A stretch of 64,000 nucleotides of DNA, from assembly GCA_964642925.1 (NCBI GenBank), contig CAZXPJ010000001.1:93608-157607 (forward strand), in the 5' to 3' direction. Numbering within the stretch: position 1 is the first letter of the stretch; every line of letters begins with the position of its first letter. The notes under the pieces were generated by a model. That model was not told the DNA's origin. It worked only from the letters and a program-made list of their open reading frames with translations, and did no database searches. Positions 48,254 through 57,854 of this stretch are shown here, piece after piece. This stretch comes from an uncultured Eubacteriales bacterium (GTDB taxonomy: Bacteria; Bacillota; Peptococcia; Peptococcales; SKKY01). The translations under genes were made by a program, and so were the position numbers.

Positions 48254-49636
48254 TTAAATTAACTTTCCTAATTTTTCCTTGGCCATTTTAATCTCATCCT
48301 TCGTTCTGGAGAAACCAGTGCCACCCTTGATATCCCTTCTCTCAACACAAGTATTTACATCAATAGAATGATAAATATCTTCCTCTATAAGTTCTGAAAA
48401 CTTTTTAAATTCATCTATTGATAGGTTGTCTAACTCTTTTCCTTCTTTAATACCATAGGCCACTAGATTCCCAGAAACTTCATGGGCATCTCGAAAGGGA
48501 AGTCCTTTGTAAACAAGATAGTCAGCCAGGTCTGTGGCATTAGTAAAACCTTTTTTAGCCGCATCCAGCATCTTATCTTTTTTAATCTTCATTGTAGTAA
48601 GCATTGGAGCATAAACTACAAGACAGCCCTTAACAGTATCAATGGTATCAAAAAGCCCTTCTTTATCTTCCTGCATATCCTTATTATAAGCTAAGGGTAA
48701 TCCCTTCATTATCGTAAGAATACTCATTAAATTACCATATACCCTTCCTGTTTTACCTCTAACCAATTCCGCTACATCTGGATTTTTTTTCTGGGGCATA
48801 ATACTGGAACCTGTGCTATAGGCATCATCCAGTTCTACGAAAGCTGCTTCTTGGGAAGACCAAAAAATAATCTCCTCGGACAATCTACTTAAATGCATCA
48901 TTAAGATGGAAGAAAAAGATGTAAACTCTATAACAAAATCTCTATCACTTACTCCGTCTAAACTATTATTTGTAACCTGATCCAAGCCTAGCTCCCTTTG
49001 CACCATTTCTCTAGCTAAAGGAAAGGTAGTCCCAGCCATAGCTCCAGATCCTAAAGGTGATACTCTTGTTCTCTTTGCCGTATCTTGCAGTCTTTGATAA
49101 TCCCGATAAAACATCTCAAAATAAGCCATTAAGTGATGAGCAAAATTAATAGGTTGAGCTCTTTGTAGATGGGTATAGCCAGGAAGCACTGCATCAATAT
49201 TTTCCTCTGCCACATTTGTTATAGCTTCCATTAAATTAATCAGAAGTTTACCTATTTCCTCCATCTCACTTAGAAGATAAAGTCTTATATCCAAAGCTAC
49301 CTGGTCATTTCTGCTCCTACCTGTATGAAGCTTTTTACCCGTCTCCCCTATTTTCTTAGTTAAAAGAGATTCAATGTTCATATGTATATCCTCAGCATAA
49401 ACATCAAACTCAATTTTTCCCTCAGTAATTTCTTTTAAGATTTCTTCCAAGCCAGCTATAATTTTTTCACTATCTTCTTTAGTAATTATTTCTTGAGAAC
49501 CTAACATTCTAGCATGGGCAATACTTCCTGCTATATCTTCTTTATATAATCTTTTATCAAAGGAAATAGATGAATGAAAGTCCTCCACAAGTGAGTCTGT
49601 TGTTTTGGAAAATCTTCCTCCCCACATTTTTTTCAT
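48254..49636 (-). CDS. argH: Argininosuccinate lyase
   Basis: 460 aa. MWGGRFS N-terminus, [12 protein letters not shown] signature. Confidence 0.95.
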   Translation of the reverse strand: MKKMWGGRFSKTTDSLVEDFHSSISFDKRLYKEDIAGSIAHARMLGSQEIITKEDSEKIIAGLEEILKEITEGKIEFDVYAEDIHMNIESLLTKKIGETGKKLHTGRSRNDQVALDIRLYLLSEMEEIGKLLINLMEAITNVAEENIDAVLPGYTHLQRAQPINFAHHLMAYFEMFYRDYQRLQDTAKRTRVSPLGSGAMAGTTFPLAREMVQRELGLDQVTNNSLDGVSDRDFVIEFTSFSSILMMHLSRLSEEIIFWSSQEAAFVELDDAYSTGSSIMPQKKNPDVAELVRGKTGRVYGNLMSILTIMKGLPLAYNKDMQEDKEGLFDTIDTVKGCLVVYAPMLTTMKIKKDKMLDAAKKGFTNATDLADYLVYKGLPFRDAHEVSGNLVAYGIKEGKELDNLSIDEFKKFSELIEEDIYHSIDVNTCVERRDIKGGTGFSRTKDEIKMAKEKLGKLI

Positions 49637-49655
49637 AATTTACTCTCCCCTCAAA

Positions 49656-49686
49656 TTAAAAAATAAAGCTGACAAAGGTCAGCTTA
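49656..49686 (-). terminator. Intrinsic terminator between argG and argH
   Basis: Minus strand: AAGCTGAC-cttt-GTCAGCTT followed by TATTTTTT. Confidence 0.65.
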
Positions 49687-49698
49687 TGTTTTATGTTT

Positions 49699-50901
49699 CT
49701 ATTTCTTTTTATTTTTTTCCATAATTGCTCTTACTTTTAAAGGTAGTCCGAAAAGATTTATAAAGCCTTCCGCATCCTTTTGGTTATAAACATCATCTTC
49801 TTCAAAGGTTACAAATTCTTCATTATATAATGAATTGGGAGACTTAGAACCTGCTGACATGGTATTACCTTTATATAGTCTAAGTTTAACTAAGCCTGTA
49901 ACATCTTCCTGGGTAGAATTAATAAAGGCATCTAGGGCGTCTTTTAAGGGTGTATACCAAAGTCCATCATATACTAACTGGGCATATTTAATTGCAACTA
50001 ATTGCTTATACTCTAAGGTAGCCCTATCTAAAGTTAGTGATTCTAAATCTTGGTGAGCTTTATAAAGGAGTGTTCCCCCTGGTGTTTCATAAACTCCTCT
50101 AGATTTCATTCCCACTAATCTATTTTCCACCATATCTACAATGCCAATACCATTTCTTGCTCCAATAGTGTTTAATTCTTCCAGAAGTTCCACAGGGCTT
50201 AATTTTTTGCCATTAACAGCAACGGGATTTCCTTTAACAAACTCTATTTCTAGGTATTCCGCTTCATCTTTTGCATTTTCAGGATGCTTGGTAATCATAT
50301 ATATATCTTTTTTTGGTTCATTCCAAGGATTTTCTAAATCAGAACCTTCATGGCTTAAATGGAATAAGTTTCTATCCATACTATAGTTTTTCTCTTTTGT
50401 TACAGTAAGGGGAATCCCTCTTTTTTCAGCATAATCCACTGCATCTTCTCTAGATTTAATATCCCATTCTCTCCAAGGTGCAATAACTTTAATATCTGGG
50501 TTTAAGGCAAAAATGGTAAGTTCAAAACGGACTTGATCATTACCTTTCCCCGTAGCACCGTGAGCAATATAGTCTGCCCCTTCTTTTTCAGCAATCTCCA
50601 CAAGTTTTTTGGAAATTAAAGGTCTGGCAATAGATGTGCCTAAAAGATACTTGCCTTCATAAAGAGCTCCGGATTTAATTAATGGAAATACGAAATCCTT
50701 TACGAACTCATCTTTTAAGTCTTCAATATAAATCTTAACTGCCCCTGATGCTATAGCCTTTTCATTAAGAGGATCCAACTCCTCCCCTTGCCCTAAATCT
50801 GCCGCCATACAGATAACTTCAAGATCATAATTTTCTTTAAGCCATGGTATTATAATTGATGTATCTAATCCTCCAGAATATGCTAGAATAACTTTTTTCA
50901 T
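49699..50901 (-). CDS. argG: Argininosuccinate synthase
   Basis: [23 protein letters not shown] prefer ATG 50901 ([11 protein letters not shown]) over the track start at 50922, which has no RBS. Confidence 0.95.
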   Translation of the reverse strand: MKKVILAYSGGLDTSIIIPWLKENYDLEVICMAADLGQGEELDPLNEKAIASGAVKIYIEDLKDEFVKDFVFPLIKSGALYEGKYLLGTSIARPLISKKLVEIAEKEGADYIAHGATGKGNDQVRFELTIFALNPDIKVIAPWREWDIKSREDAVDYAEKRGIPLTVTKEKNYSMDRNLFHLSHEGSDLENPWNEPKKDIYMITKHPENAKDEAEYLEIEFVKGNPVAVNGKKLSPVELLEELNTIGARNGIGIVDMVENRLVGMKSRGVYETPGGTLLYKAHQDLESLTLDRATLEYKQLVAIKYAQLVYDGLWYTPLKDALDAFINSTQEDVTGLVKLRLYKGNTMSAGSKSPNSLYNEEFVTFEEDDVYNQKDAEGFINLFGLPLKVRAIMEKNKKK

Positions 50902-50923
50902 TTTTTCTTTTCCCCTTTTCATA

Positions 50924-51853
50924 TTATATAATTGCAGCTAAAATCCCCTTATGGGCGTGGAGCCTGTTCTCAGACTGACTGAATATTACCTGAGCAAATT
51001 TTTCAAAGATATCCTCTGTTATTTCTTGCCCTTTGTAAGCAGGTAAACAATGCATTACAATGGCATCTTCTTTGGCTAATTCTAACACTTTTTCATTTAT
51101 CTGAAAACCGGCAAAATCTTCTTTTCTCAACTCTGCTTCGGCTTCCTGCCCCATACTAGCCCAAACATCCGTATAAATCACATCTGCATTTTTTGATCCT
51201 TCCAATGGGCAACTAACATAATTTAAAATTGACTTACTATCTTTTTTTAGGGATTCTGCTAAATTTCTAATTTCCGTACTTACCTGATAGCATTCAGGAG
51301 CAGCTATGGTTACATTCATTCCCATGATAGCTCCCCCAATTAAAAGGGAATGAGCCATATTATTACCATCACCAATATAGGTTAGATTTATACCTTCTAA
51401 TTTACCCTTTTCTTCAATAATAGTCATCATATCCGCCATCACTTGAGTTGGATGATATAAGTCTGTCAATCCATTAATTACAGGAACCTTAGCAAATTTA
51501 GCTAATTCATCCACTTCTTTTTGTTCAAAAGTTCTAATTAAAATTCCATCTACAAAGCCAGATAAGACTCTAGCCGTATCTTCTATCGGCTCCCCACGTC
51601 CAATTTGAGACTCTTGAGGGCTCAGAAAGACACTAGTGCCACCTAGTTGGTACATTCCCACCTCAAAAGCAATTCTGGTGCGTGTAGAGGCCTTTTTAAA
51701 GATCATAGCCAGTACCTTATTCTTTAATACTGGTGTCTCTACCCCGGCTTTTTGCTTTTTCTTAATTTCAATAGCTAATTCAAGAATATACTGTAATTCC
51801 TCTTTAGAAAATTCTTTAAGAGAAACAAAGTCTCTACCCTTCAGGTTAATCAT
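50924..51853 (-). CDS. argF: Ornithine carbamoyltransferase
   Basis: 309 aa. STRTR, HPTQ, DVWASMG, HCLP motifs. Confidence 0.9.
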   Translation of the reverse strand: MINLKGRDFVSLKEFSKEELQYILELAIEIKKKQKAGVETPVLKNKVLAMIFKKASTRTRIAFEVGMYQLGGTSVFLSPQESQIGRGEPIEDTARVLSGFVDGILIRTFEQKEVDELAKFAKVPVINGLTDLYHPTQVMADMMTIIEEKGKLEGINLTYIGDGNNMAHSLLIGGAIMGMNVTIAAPECYQVSTEIRNLAESLKKDSKSILNYVSCPLEGSKNADVIYTDVWASMGQEAEAELRKEDFAGFQINEKVLELAKEDAIVMHCLPAYKGQEITEDIFEKFAQVIFSQSENRLHAHKGILAAII

Positions 51854-51877
51854 AAAATCCTCCTCCAGTGTTGTATA

Positions 51878-51906
51878 ATTATACTTCTATCTGAATATTT
51901 TTGCAA
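51878..51906 (-). promoter_or_regulatory. Putative sigma-A promoter of argF-argG(-argH)
   Basis: Minus strand: TTGCAA-17 nt-TATAAT. The -10 box lies inside the perfect 12-bp palindrome GTATAATTATAC (51873-51884). Confidence 0.6.
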
Positions 51907-51907
51907 T
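51890..51907. promoter_or_regulatory. ARG-box-like operator (candidate ArgR/AhrC site) overlapping the argF -35 box
   Basis: tcTGAATatttTTGCAat compared with the ARG box TNTGAATWWWWATTCANW. It shares TGAATATnnnTGCAAT with the argC promoter. Confidence 0.5.
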
Positions 51908-51986
51908 AGCTTCTTTCCTCAATTATACCCCTATTCCTTGAATTTTAAATAACAAAGGATTAGACTTATATCAAGGAGGTGTTTTT

Positions 51987-52754
51987 ATGAATTATAAAAC
52001 ACTAATAATTGAAAAGGAAAACTACATAGGGACAATTTCAATGAACAGGCCGGATGATCTAAATACTTTCAGTGCAGGAATGGCAGCAGATTTAAATGCA
52101 GCTTTCCTAGAAATGGACGCAGATCCAGAAGTAAGGGTTATTATAATTAAAGGAGAAGGAAGAGCCTTTAGCGCAGGAATCGATCTTTCTGAAACAGAGG
52201 GTAAAGATTATTACGAATTAGTAGACTGGGTTAGGCCTATTAATAATATTACTCTTACCATGAATAAAATTAGAAAGCCTATAATTGCTTGTGCTCACAA
52301 ATTTGCTGTAGCAAATGGTATATCCTTAGTAGCAGCAGCAGATATAGCAGTGGTATCAGAGGATACTAAATTTGGAACAACAGCTGTTAACATTGGTTTA
52401 TCTTGTATGGGACCTGCGGTAACCTTAATTAGAAATATTGGAAGAAAAAAAGTTGTAGAACTTCTTCTTACAGGAGATATGATTGATGCTGAAGAAGCCC
52501 TTAGATTAGGTCTTGTTAATTATGTAGTTTCTAAAGATCAATTAGAAGAAAAAACTATGGAAATAGCAAAGAAAATAGCTTCTAAAAGTCCTAGAGCAGT
52601 ACAAATTGGAAAAACTTCCTTCTATGAAGTTGCCGATTTAGAATATTCAAAAGCTTTGAATTTTGTTTCTGAACATTTTGCAAATCTATGTGCTTGTGAA
52701 GACGGCAGAAAAGGCTACCAAGCTTTCAAAGAGAAAAAACAATTAGACTGGTAA
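51987..52754 (+). CDS. Enoyl-CoA hydratase/isomerase (crotonase-fold) protein
   Basis: 255 aa. Crotonase oxyanion-hole region (GEGRAFSAGIDL) and typical length. Confidence 0.85.
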   Translation: MNYKTLIIEKENYIGTISMNRPDDLNTFSAGMAADLNAAFLEMDADPEVRVIIIKGEGRAFSAGIDLSETEGKDYYELVDWVRPINNITLTMNKIRKPIIACAHKFAVANGISLVAAADIAVVSEDTKFGTTAVNIGLSCMGPAVTLIRNIGRKKVVELLLTGDMIDAEEALRLGLVNYVVSKDQLEEKTMEIAKKIASKSPRAVQIGKTSFYEVADLEYSKALNFVSEHFANLCACEDGRKGYQAFKEKKQLDW

Positions 52755-52784
52755 ATTAGAAGTGAGCAGAAGGAGATCCCTAAC

Positions 52785-53411
52785 ATGAACAGAGATTTTT
52801 TTAAAAGCCTTAAAGAGCGAAAATTAAAGATTAATGGCTACGAAAACCTCAAAAAGTTTGGTGTTCTGGTTCCTTTAACTTGTATTAAGGATGAGTACCA
52901 TTTAATTTTCCAGGTTCGAGCAGATAAAATCGCATCTCAACCGGGAGAGATTAGTTTTCCTGGAGGTGGTCGAGAGCCAGGGGATAAAAATATTATTGAA
53001 ACAGCAATTAGAGAAACCAAAGAAGAATTTGGTTTAAGCCGGGACAAGATAAATGTTCTTGCTCACTTGGACACTCTTATTACCCCTTATAATATGGTTC
53101 TCCGCCCCTTTATTGCAGAAATTTTGGATTATGAGAAAATCATACCTCACGAGGCGGAAGTAAAGGAAGTTTTCACTGTTCCTTTAAGCTTCTTTCTGGA
53201 GAATGAACCGGAAGAATATTTTTTAGATATTAAAGCGGAAATATCTCCAGAAAAACATTTCCCTACCCACTGGGTAAACGAGGACTATAACTGGAAAGTT
53301 GGTAACTATTCTGTTATCTTTTACCAATATGAAAATAGAATTATCTGGGGCTTTACTGCAAAGATAATTGAAAATTTAGTAAAAATAATCAAAGAAAATC
53401 CTCCTAAATAA
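52785..53411 (+). CDS. NUDIX hydrolase, CoA pyrophosphatase-like
   Basis: 208 aa. Nudix box GGGREPGDKNIIETAIRETKEEFGL preceded by LIFQVRADKIASQPGEISFPGG, which resembles the NudL/Nudt7 CoA-ase signature. Confidence 0.75.
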   Translation: MNRDFFKSLKERKLKINGYENLKKFGVLVPLTCIKDEYHLIFQVRADKIASQPGEISFPGGGREPGDKNIIETAIRETKEEFGLSRDKINVLAHLDTLITPYNMVLRPFIAEILDYEKIIPHEAEVKEVFTVPLSFFLENEPEEYFLDIKAEISPEKHFPTHWVNEDYNWKVGNYSVIFYQYENRIIWGFTAKIIENLVKIIKENPPK

Positions 53412-53426
53412 AAGGAGGGTTTTTTA
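53400..53426 (+). terminator. Intrinsic terminator after the NUDIX gene (between convergent genes)
   Basis: CCTCCT-aaataaa-AGGAGG followed by GTTTTTTATT. The stop codon lies in the loop. Confidence 0.55.
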
Positions 53427-53428
53427 TT

Positions 53429-54604
53429 CTAAATATTCTGGAATACTTCCTCTAAACTTTTTAAAACTATATCTATTTCCTCATATTCCACATTTAAAGG
53501 AGGAACAAATCTCAGGGTTTTACCTCCAATAGAATTTATTAAAATCTTTTTCTCTAGCATTTTATTTACTATATCCCCTCCATCTAAGGAGATATCCATC
53601 CCTATCATTAAACCTTTACCCTTTACTTTCCCAAGAAAAGAAAAGTTATCTTTAATCTTTTCTAAGCCTTCTCTCATATAAGTTCCTTTTTCTCTAACAT
53701 CTTTTAAGAAGTCTTTTTTAAAAATCTCTTGGCAAACTTTAAGAGCCACATTTGTTACTAAGGGATTGCCGCCAAAGGTAGAGGCATGATCTCCTGGCTC
53801 AAAGACCTCTGCAATTTCATCCTTGGCTAAAATTGCCCCAATAGGAACTCCTCCTCCAAGACCCTTGGCTAATGTTATAATATCCGGTTGGATGTTATAG
53901 TTTTGAAAACCAAAGGCTTTTCCCGTCCTCCCTATCCCAGTTTGGACTTCATCCAAAATTAGTAAAAGATTATGTTCCTTACAAAGCTTTTGGACTTCTT
54001 GAAAAAATTCTGGTGAAGGTTCATTTACTCCCCCTTCCCCTTGGATAGGCTCTAGCATAATTGCACATGTTTTCTCATTAATCTGAGTTTTAATAGATTC
54101 TATGTCATTAAAAGCTGCATATTTAAATCCTGTTAAAACAGGTATAAAGGATTTTTGATATTTTTCCTGTCCTGTGGCTGCCAAGGCACCCATAGTTCTT
54201 CCATGAAAGGATTGGAGAGCGGAAATTATCTCATATCTCCCCTTACCCCATTTTCTGGCAAGTTTTATTGCTCCTTCATTGGCCTCCGCTCCACTATTTG
54301 CAAAAAAAGCTTTACCCATACCAGATTTTTCGCAAAGAATTTCCGCCAAATCTATCTGAGGTCCTATCCAATAAAGATTAGAGCAATGAATTAGTTTCTC
54401 ACTTTGTTCCCTGAGAGCATCTTTAATTATCTCACTACTGTGACCTAAAGAATTAACAGCGATCCCTGCCACAAAGTCTAAATACTTATTCCCCTCTAAA
54501 TCATAAACCCAGGAGCCCTTACCTTCATCTAAAAGAATAGGTAGGCGGCCATAGGTATTCATTATATATTTTTTACCCTTAGCAATTTTCTCATCCATTT
54601 TCAT
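53429..54604 (-). CDS. argD: Acetylornithine aminotransferase
   Basis: 391 aa. Class-III PLP aminotransferase (FANSGAEANE, DEVQTGIGRTG, TLAKGLGGG). Confidence 0.9.
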   Translation of the reverse strand: MKMDEKIAKGKKYIMNTYGRLPILLDEGKGSWVYDLEGNKYLDFVAGIAVNSLGHSSEIIKDALREQSEKLIHCSNLYWIGPQIDLAEILCEKSGMGKAFFANSGAEANEGAIKLARKWGKGRYEIISALQSFHGRTMGALAATGQEKYQKSFIPVLTGFKYAAFNDIESIKTQINEKTCAIMLEPIQGEGGVNEPSPEFFQEVQKLCKEHNLLLILDEVQTGIGRTGKAFGFQNYNIQPDIITLAKGLGGGVPIGAILAKDEIAEVFEPGDHASTFGGNPLVTNVALKVCQEIFKKDFLKDVREKGTYMREGLEKIKDNFSFLGKVKGKGLMIGMDISLDGGDIVNKMLEKKILINSIGGKTLRFVPPLNVEYEEIDIVLKSLEEVFQNI

Positions 54605-55491
54605 TAAAGATTCTCCTTTTCCACAAACATAGTACCCACACCTTTATCTGTAAAGATTTCTAGTAATAAAGCGTGGATCAAGGTTCCATTAACAATATGG
54701 GCGGAAGAAACTCCATTACTAATAGCCTCCATGCAACATTCTATTTTAGGTATCATTCCTCCACTTATAGTACCATCAGCAATCAGCTTTTTTGCCGAAG
54801 CCTGATCCATTCTAGAAATTAATTTTCCTTCCTTATCAAGAACTCCATCTATATCTGTTAAAAGAAATAGCTTCTCCGCATTAAGACTTGATGCTATACT
54901 TCCAGCAGAATAGTCACCGTTTATATTGTAGGTTTGTCCCTGATTATCCACCCCTACTGGAGCAATAACTGGAATATATTTATCAAAAATAGCCTTATTA
55001 ATTAGAGCCGGATTAACTTTCTCTACTTCTCCAACAAAACCTAGATCATAAAATTTACCATCAACTTCCGCCATTTTCTTTTTAGCTAGAAGAGTTTGCC
55101 CATCAATACCACTAAAACCCAAGGCCTTAATGCCATTTTTTTCAAAAAGGGCTACTACTTCTTTATTAACCTTACCGATGAGAACCATTTGAACAATTTC
55201 CATAATCTTTTCATCCGTTACCCTTAAACCCTGAATAAACTCACTTTCTATTCCACTTTTGCTTAGCCAGATATTAATATCAGGCCCCCCACCATGAACG
55301 ATAACTGGATTGATTCCAACATATTTCATTAAGATAATATCATTGATTACCTGATTTTTTAGTTCTTCATCAATCATGGCATTTCCTCCATATTTTATAA
55401 CAAAGGTTTTGCCAGAGAACTTTTTAATATAGGGTAGGGATTCAATTAAAATCTTGGCCTTATCACCAGGAGTAAGATTAGTCATATTCAT
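54604..55491 (-). CDS. argB: Acetylglutamate kinase
   Basis: 295 aa. VIKYGGNAM, VHGGGP, INGDYSA motifs. Its stop overlaps the argD start. Confidence 0.95.
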   Translation of the reverse strand: MNMTNLTPGDKAKILIESLPYIKKFSGKTFVIKYGGNAMIDEELKNQVINDIILMKYVGINPVIVHGGGPDINIWLSKSGIESEFIQGLRVTDEKIMEIVQMVLIGKVNKEVVALFEKNGIKALGFSGIDGQTLLAKKKMAEVDGKFYDLGFVGEVEKVNPALINKAIFDKYIPVIAPVGVDNQGQTYNINGDYSAGSIASSLNAEKLFLLTDIDGVLDKEGKLISRMDQASAKKLIADGTISGGMIPKIECCMEAISNGVSSAHIVNGTLIHALLLEIFTDKGVGTMFVEKENL

Positions 55492-55501
55492 TTATTTCCT
55501 C

Positions 55502-56707
55502 CTAACTACGATATTCCGCATTTATTTTTATATATTCATAAGATAAGTCACAAGTCCAGGCTGTAGCTTTTTCCAAACCAAGATTAAGGTCACAGGTTAT
55601 TTCTATTTCTCTCTCCTTAAGAATTTTAAGGGCTTGTGCTTCATCAAAAACCATAGCTTTACCCTGTTTGGCCATTAATAAATCTCCTATTAAAATGTCA
55701 CACTTGGAAGGATCTATTTCTGCACCTGAATAGCCAAGAGCTGTAATTATTCTTCCCCAGTTAGCATCCTCACCAAAAAAAGCAGTTTTTACCAAATTCG
55801 ATGTGGAAATACTTCTTGCTGCTATCCTTGCATCCTTCTTAGTTAAAGCGTTAATAACATTAATCTTTAAAAGTTTAGTGGCCCCCTCTCCATCTTTAAC
55901 AATGGAAATGGACATCTCCTCACATATTTTTCTAACTACTTCTTTAAATTTACAATAATCCTCTGTATCCTTCTCAATAATCTTATTTCCTGCCTCCCCA
56001 TTTGCCAGGATACAAACCATATCATTTGTACTAGTATCTCCATCTACTGAAATCATATTAAAAGTATCATCTATTACATCTTTGAATATATCTTTTAAAG
56101 CTTCTTTGCTAACTAAAGCGTCCGTAGTTAGAAATCCTAACATGGTAGCCATATTAGGATGGATCATTCCAGAGCCCTTTGCCATGCCACCAATTTTCAC
56201 AATTTTATTATCTATTTCTAATTCATAGGCAAATTCTTTATTCACAAGATCCGTTGTCATAATGGCTAAACTAGCATCATGACCCCCATCTTCAGAAAGG
56301 TGATCTTTTATTTTTTTTAGCCCATCTTCGATTCTATCCATGGGTAAATAGACACCAATAATACCTGTGGATGCTACAATAACATCTGAGGAATCAATTC
56401 CTAAAACTTCTCCTGTTAAAGCCGTCATTCTAAGAGCGTCACTTTTTCCCTGATCTCCTGTGCAAGCATTGGCACATCCACTGTTAACAACAATAGCCTG
56501 AGCTTCATTGTTATATAGGTGGTCCTCTGTTACAAATAGAGGAGGTGCTTTAAATTTATTCTTTGTGTAAACTGCAGAAGCATTTGCCTTTTTCACCGAA
56601 TAGACAAGGGCTAAATCCTTCTTATTACTTCCAGGCTTAATACCACATTCGATCCCTGCAGCCAAAAAACCTTTAGGAGCAGTAACTCCACCATTAATTT
56701 TTTTCAT
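55502..56707 (-). CDS. argJ: Bifunctional ornithine acetyltransferase / N-acetylglutamate synthase
   Basis: 401 aa. Autoprocessing site region PNMATMLGFLTTDA. Confidence 0.95.
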   Translation of the reverse strand: MKKINGGVTAPKGFLAAGIECGIKPGSNKKDLALVYSVKKANASAVYTKNKFKAPPLFVTEDHLYNNEAQAIVVNSGCANACTGDQGKSDALRMTALTGEVLGIDSSDVIVASTGIIGVYLPMDRIEDGLKKIKDHLSEDGGHDASLAIMTTDLVNKEFAYELEIDNKIVKIGGMAKGSGMIHPNMATMLGFLTTDALVSKEALKDIFKDVIDDTFNMISVDGDTSTNDMVCILANGEAGNKIIEKDTEDYCKFKEVVRKICEEMSISIVKDGEGATKLLKINVINALTKKDARIAARSISTSNLVKTAFFGEDANWGRIITALGYSGAEIDPSKCDILIGDLLMAKQGKAMVFDEAQALKILKEREIEITCDLNLGLEKATAWTCDLSYEYIKINAEYRS

Positions 56708-56719
56708 TATTTTTTCCTC

Positions 56720-57760
56720 CTAAGGATATACTGGTAAAAAGTCTATACCTGTTTTTTCTGGGAAGCCAAACATTATATTCATATTTTGAACTGCCTGTCC
56801 TGAGGCTCCCTTAACTAAATTATCTATAACTGAGACTATAATTAGCTTATTAGCTTCTTCTGATTTAACTAATCCTAGATCACAATAGTTTGATCCGGAA
56901 ACTAGTTTAGTCTGGGGTAAGATATCCTTTCTTAATCTCACAAAATATTCCTTATTATAGGTATCTTCATACACCTTATAGATGTCATCAAGGGAATAAT
57001 CTTTTTTTAAGTCTACATAAATCGTAGATAATATTCCCCGGGTCATAGGAACTAAGTGAGGGGAAAATATTACCTGAAGATTAGTAAATTCTGAAGAGGC
57101 AATAAGTTCCTGTTTTATCTCTGGAGTATGACGATGTTTGCCGATGTTATAGGCGTAAAAGTTCTCATTTATTTCAGGGAAATGAGTATGATCAGCAGCT
57201 TTCTTCCCAGCCCCTGATACTCCAGATTTGCTATCTGCTATAATACTTCCCTCTCCAAACATTTTATTTTTCAGAAGAGGATAAAGACCAAGGATTATAC
57301 TTGTAGGATAACAACCTGGATTTGCTACTAATTCTGCATCTTTTATTTCCTGTCTATAAATTTCCGGAAGACCATAAACAGCCTCAGAAAGATAGTCAGG
57401 ACAAGAATGTTTAACCCCATACCATTTTTCATAGGTTTCTAGGTCCTTTATGCGAAAATCTGCGGACAAATCTATTATTCTTACTTTTCCTTTAATTTTT
57501 GCAACTATTTCAGAAGCGGTACCATGAGGAAGTGCTAGAAAAACAAGATCAAGATCTTTTACAAAGTCTTCAGGATCATCAATACCTTCATCCCATATAC
57601 TTAAATTTTTTAAAAATTGCTTGTGATTATCAGACACTTGACCGCCTTTATTACTTCTAGACGCCACCTTTTTAATATTAACCATTAGATGTGAATGTAA
57701 AATTCTCATTAATTCAGACCCTGTGTAACCGGTTACACCAATAATACCTACTTGAATCAT
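56720..57760 (-). CDS. argC: N-acetyl-gamma-glutamyl-phosphate reductase
   Basis: GVTGYTG NAD motif, active-site PGCYPTS. I prefer ATG 57760 (MIQVGIIGVTGYTG), with an AGGGAG RBS, over the track start at 57817, which would run through the promoter. Confidence 0.95.
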   Translation of the reverse strand: MIQVGIIGVTGYTGSELMRILHSHLMVNIKKVASRSNKGGQVSDNHKQFLKNLSIWDEGIDDPEDFVKDLDLVFLALPHGTASEIVAKIKGKVRIIDLSADFRIKDLETYEKWYGVKHSCPDYLSEAVYGLPEIYRQEIKDAELVANPGCYPTSIILGLYPLLKNKMFGEGSIIADSKSGVSGAGKKAADHTHFPEINENFYAYNIGKHRHTPEIKQELIASSEFTNLQVIFSPHLVPMTRGILSTIYVDLKKDYSLDDIYKVYEDTYNKEYFVRLRKDILPQTKLVSGSNYCDLGLVKSEEANKLIIVSVIDNLVKGASGQAVQNMNIMFGFPEKTGIDFLPVYP

Positions 57761-57788
57761 TTCATCATCACTCCCTATCAGTTGTTTT

Positions 57789-57817
57789 ATTATACATAAG
57801 ATTGAATATCTATGCAA
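57789..57817 (-). promoter_or_regulatory. Putative sigma-A promoter of argCJBD
   Basis: Minus strand: TTGCAT-17 nt-TATAAT, about 30 nt upstream of the argC start. Confidence 0.6.
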
Positions 57818-57818
57818 T
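57801..57818. promoter_or_regulatory. ARG-box-like operator (candidate ArgR/AhrC site) overlapping the argC -35 box
   Basis: atTGAATatctATGCAat compared with TNTGAATWWWWATTCANW. It occupies the same position relative to -35 as the argF site. Confidence 0.55.
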
Positions 57819-57825
57819 CCTTTAG

Positions 57826-57853
57826 GAAAAAAAAACCTGACTAATTGTCAAGT
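57826..57853 (-). terminator. Intrinsic terminator ending the LRR-AmmeMemoRadiSam-cheW-HD-GYP unit
   Basis: Minus strand: ACTTGAC-aatta-GTCAGGT (one G-U pair) followed by TTTTTTTTT. It starts 1 nt after the HD-GYP stop. Confidence 0.65.
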
Positions 57854-57854
57854 T

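Noticed and set aside
51874-51879. Plus-strand TATAAT within the GTATAATTATAC palindrome as the promoter of the divergent crotonase gene.
   Set aside because: There is no acceptable -35 at 16-18 nt spacing (CATAAA, inside argF). A TTGAAT...TAGACT candidate nearer the gene is equally weak, so I make no plus-strand promoter call.
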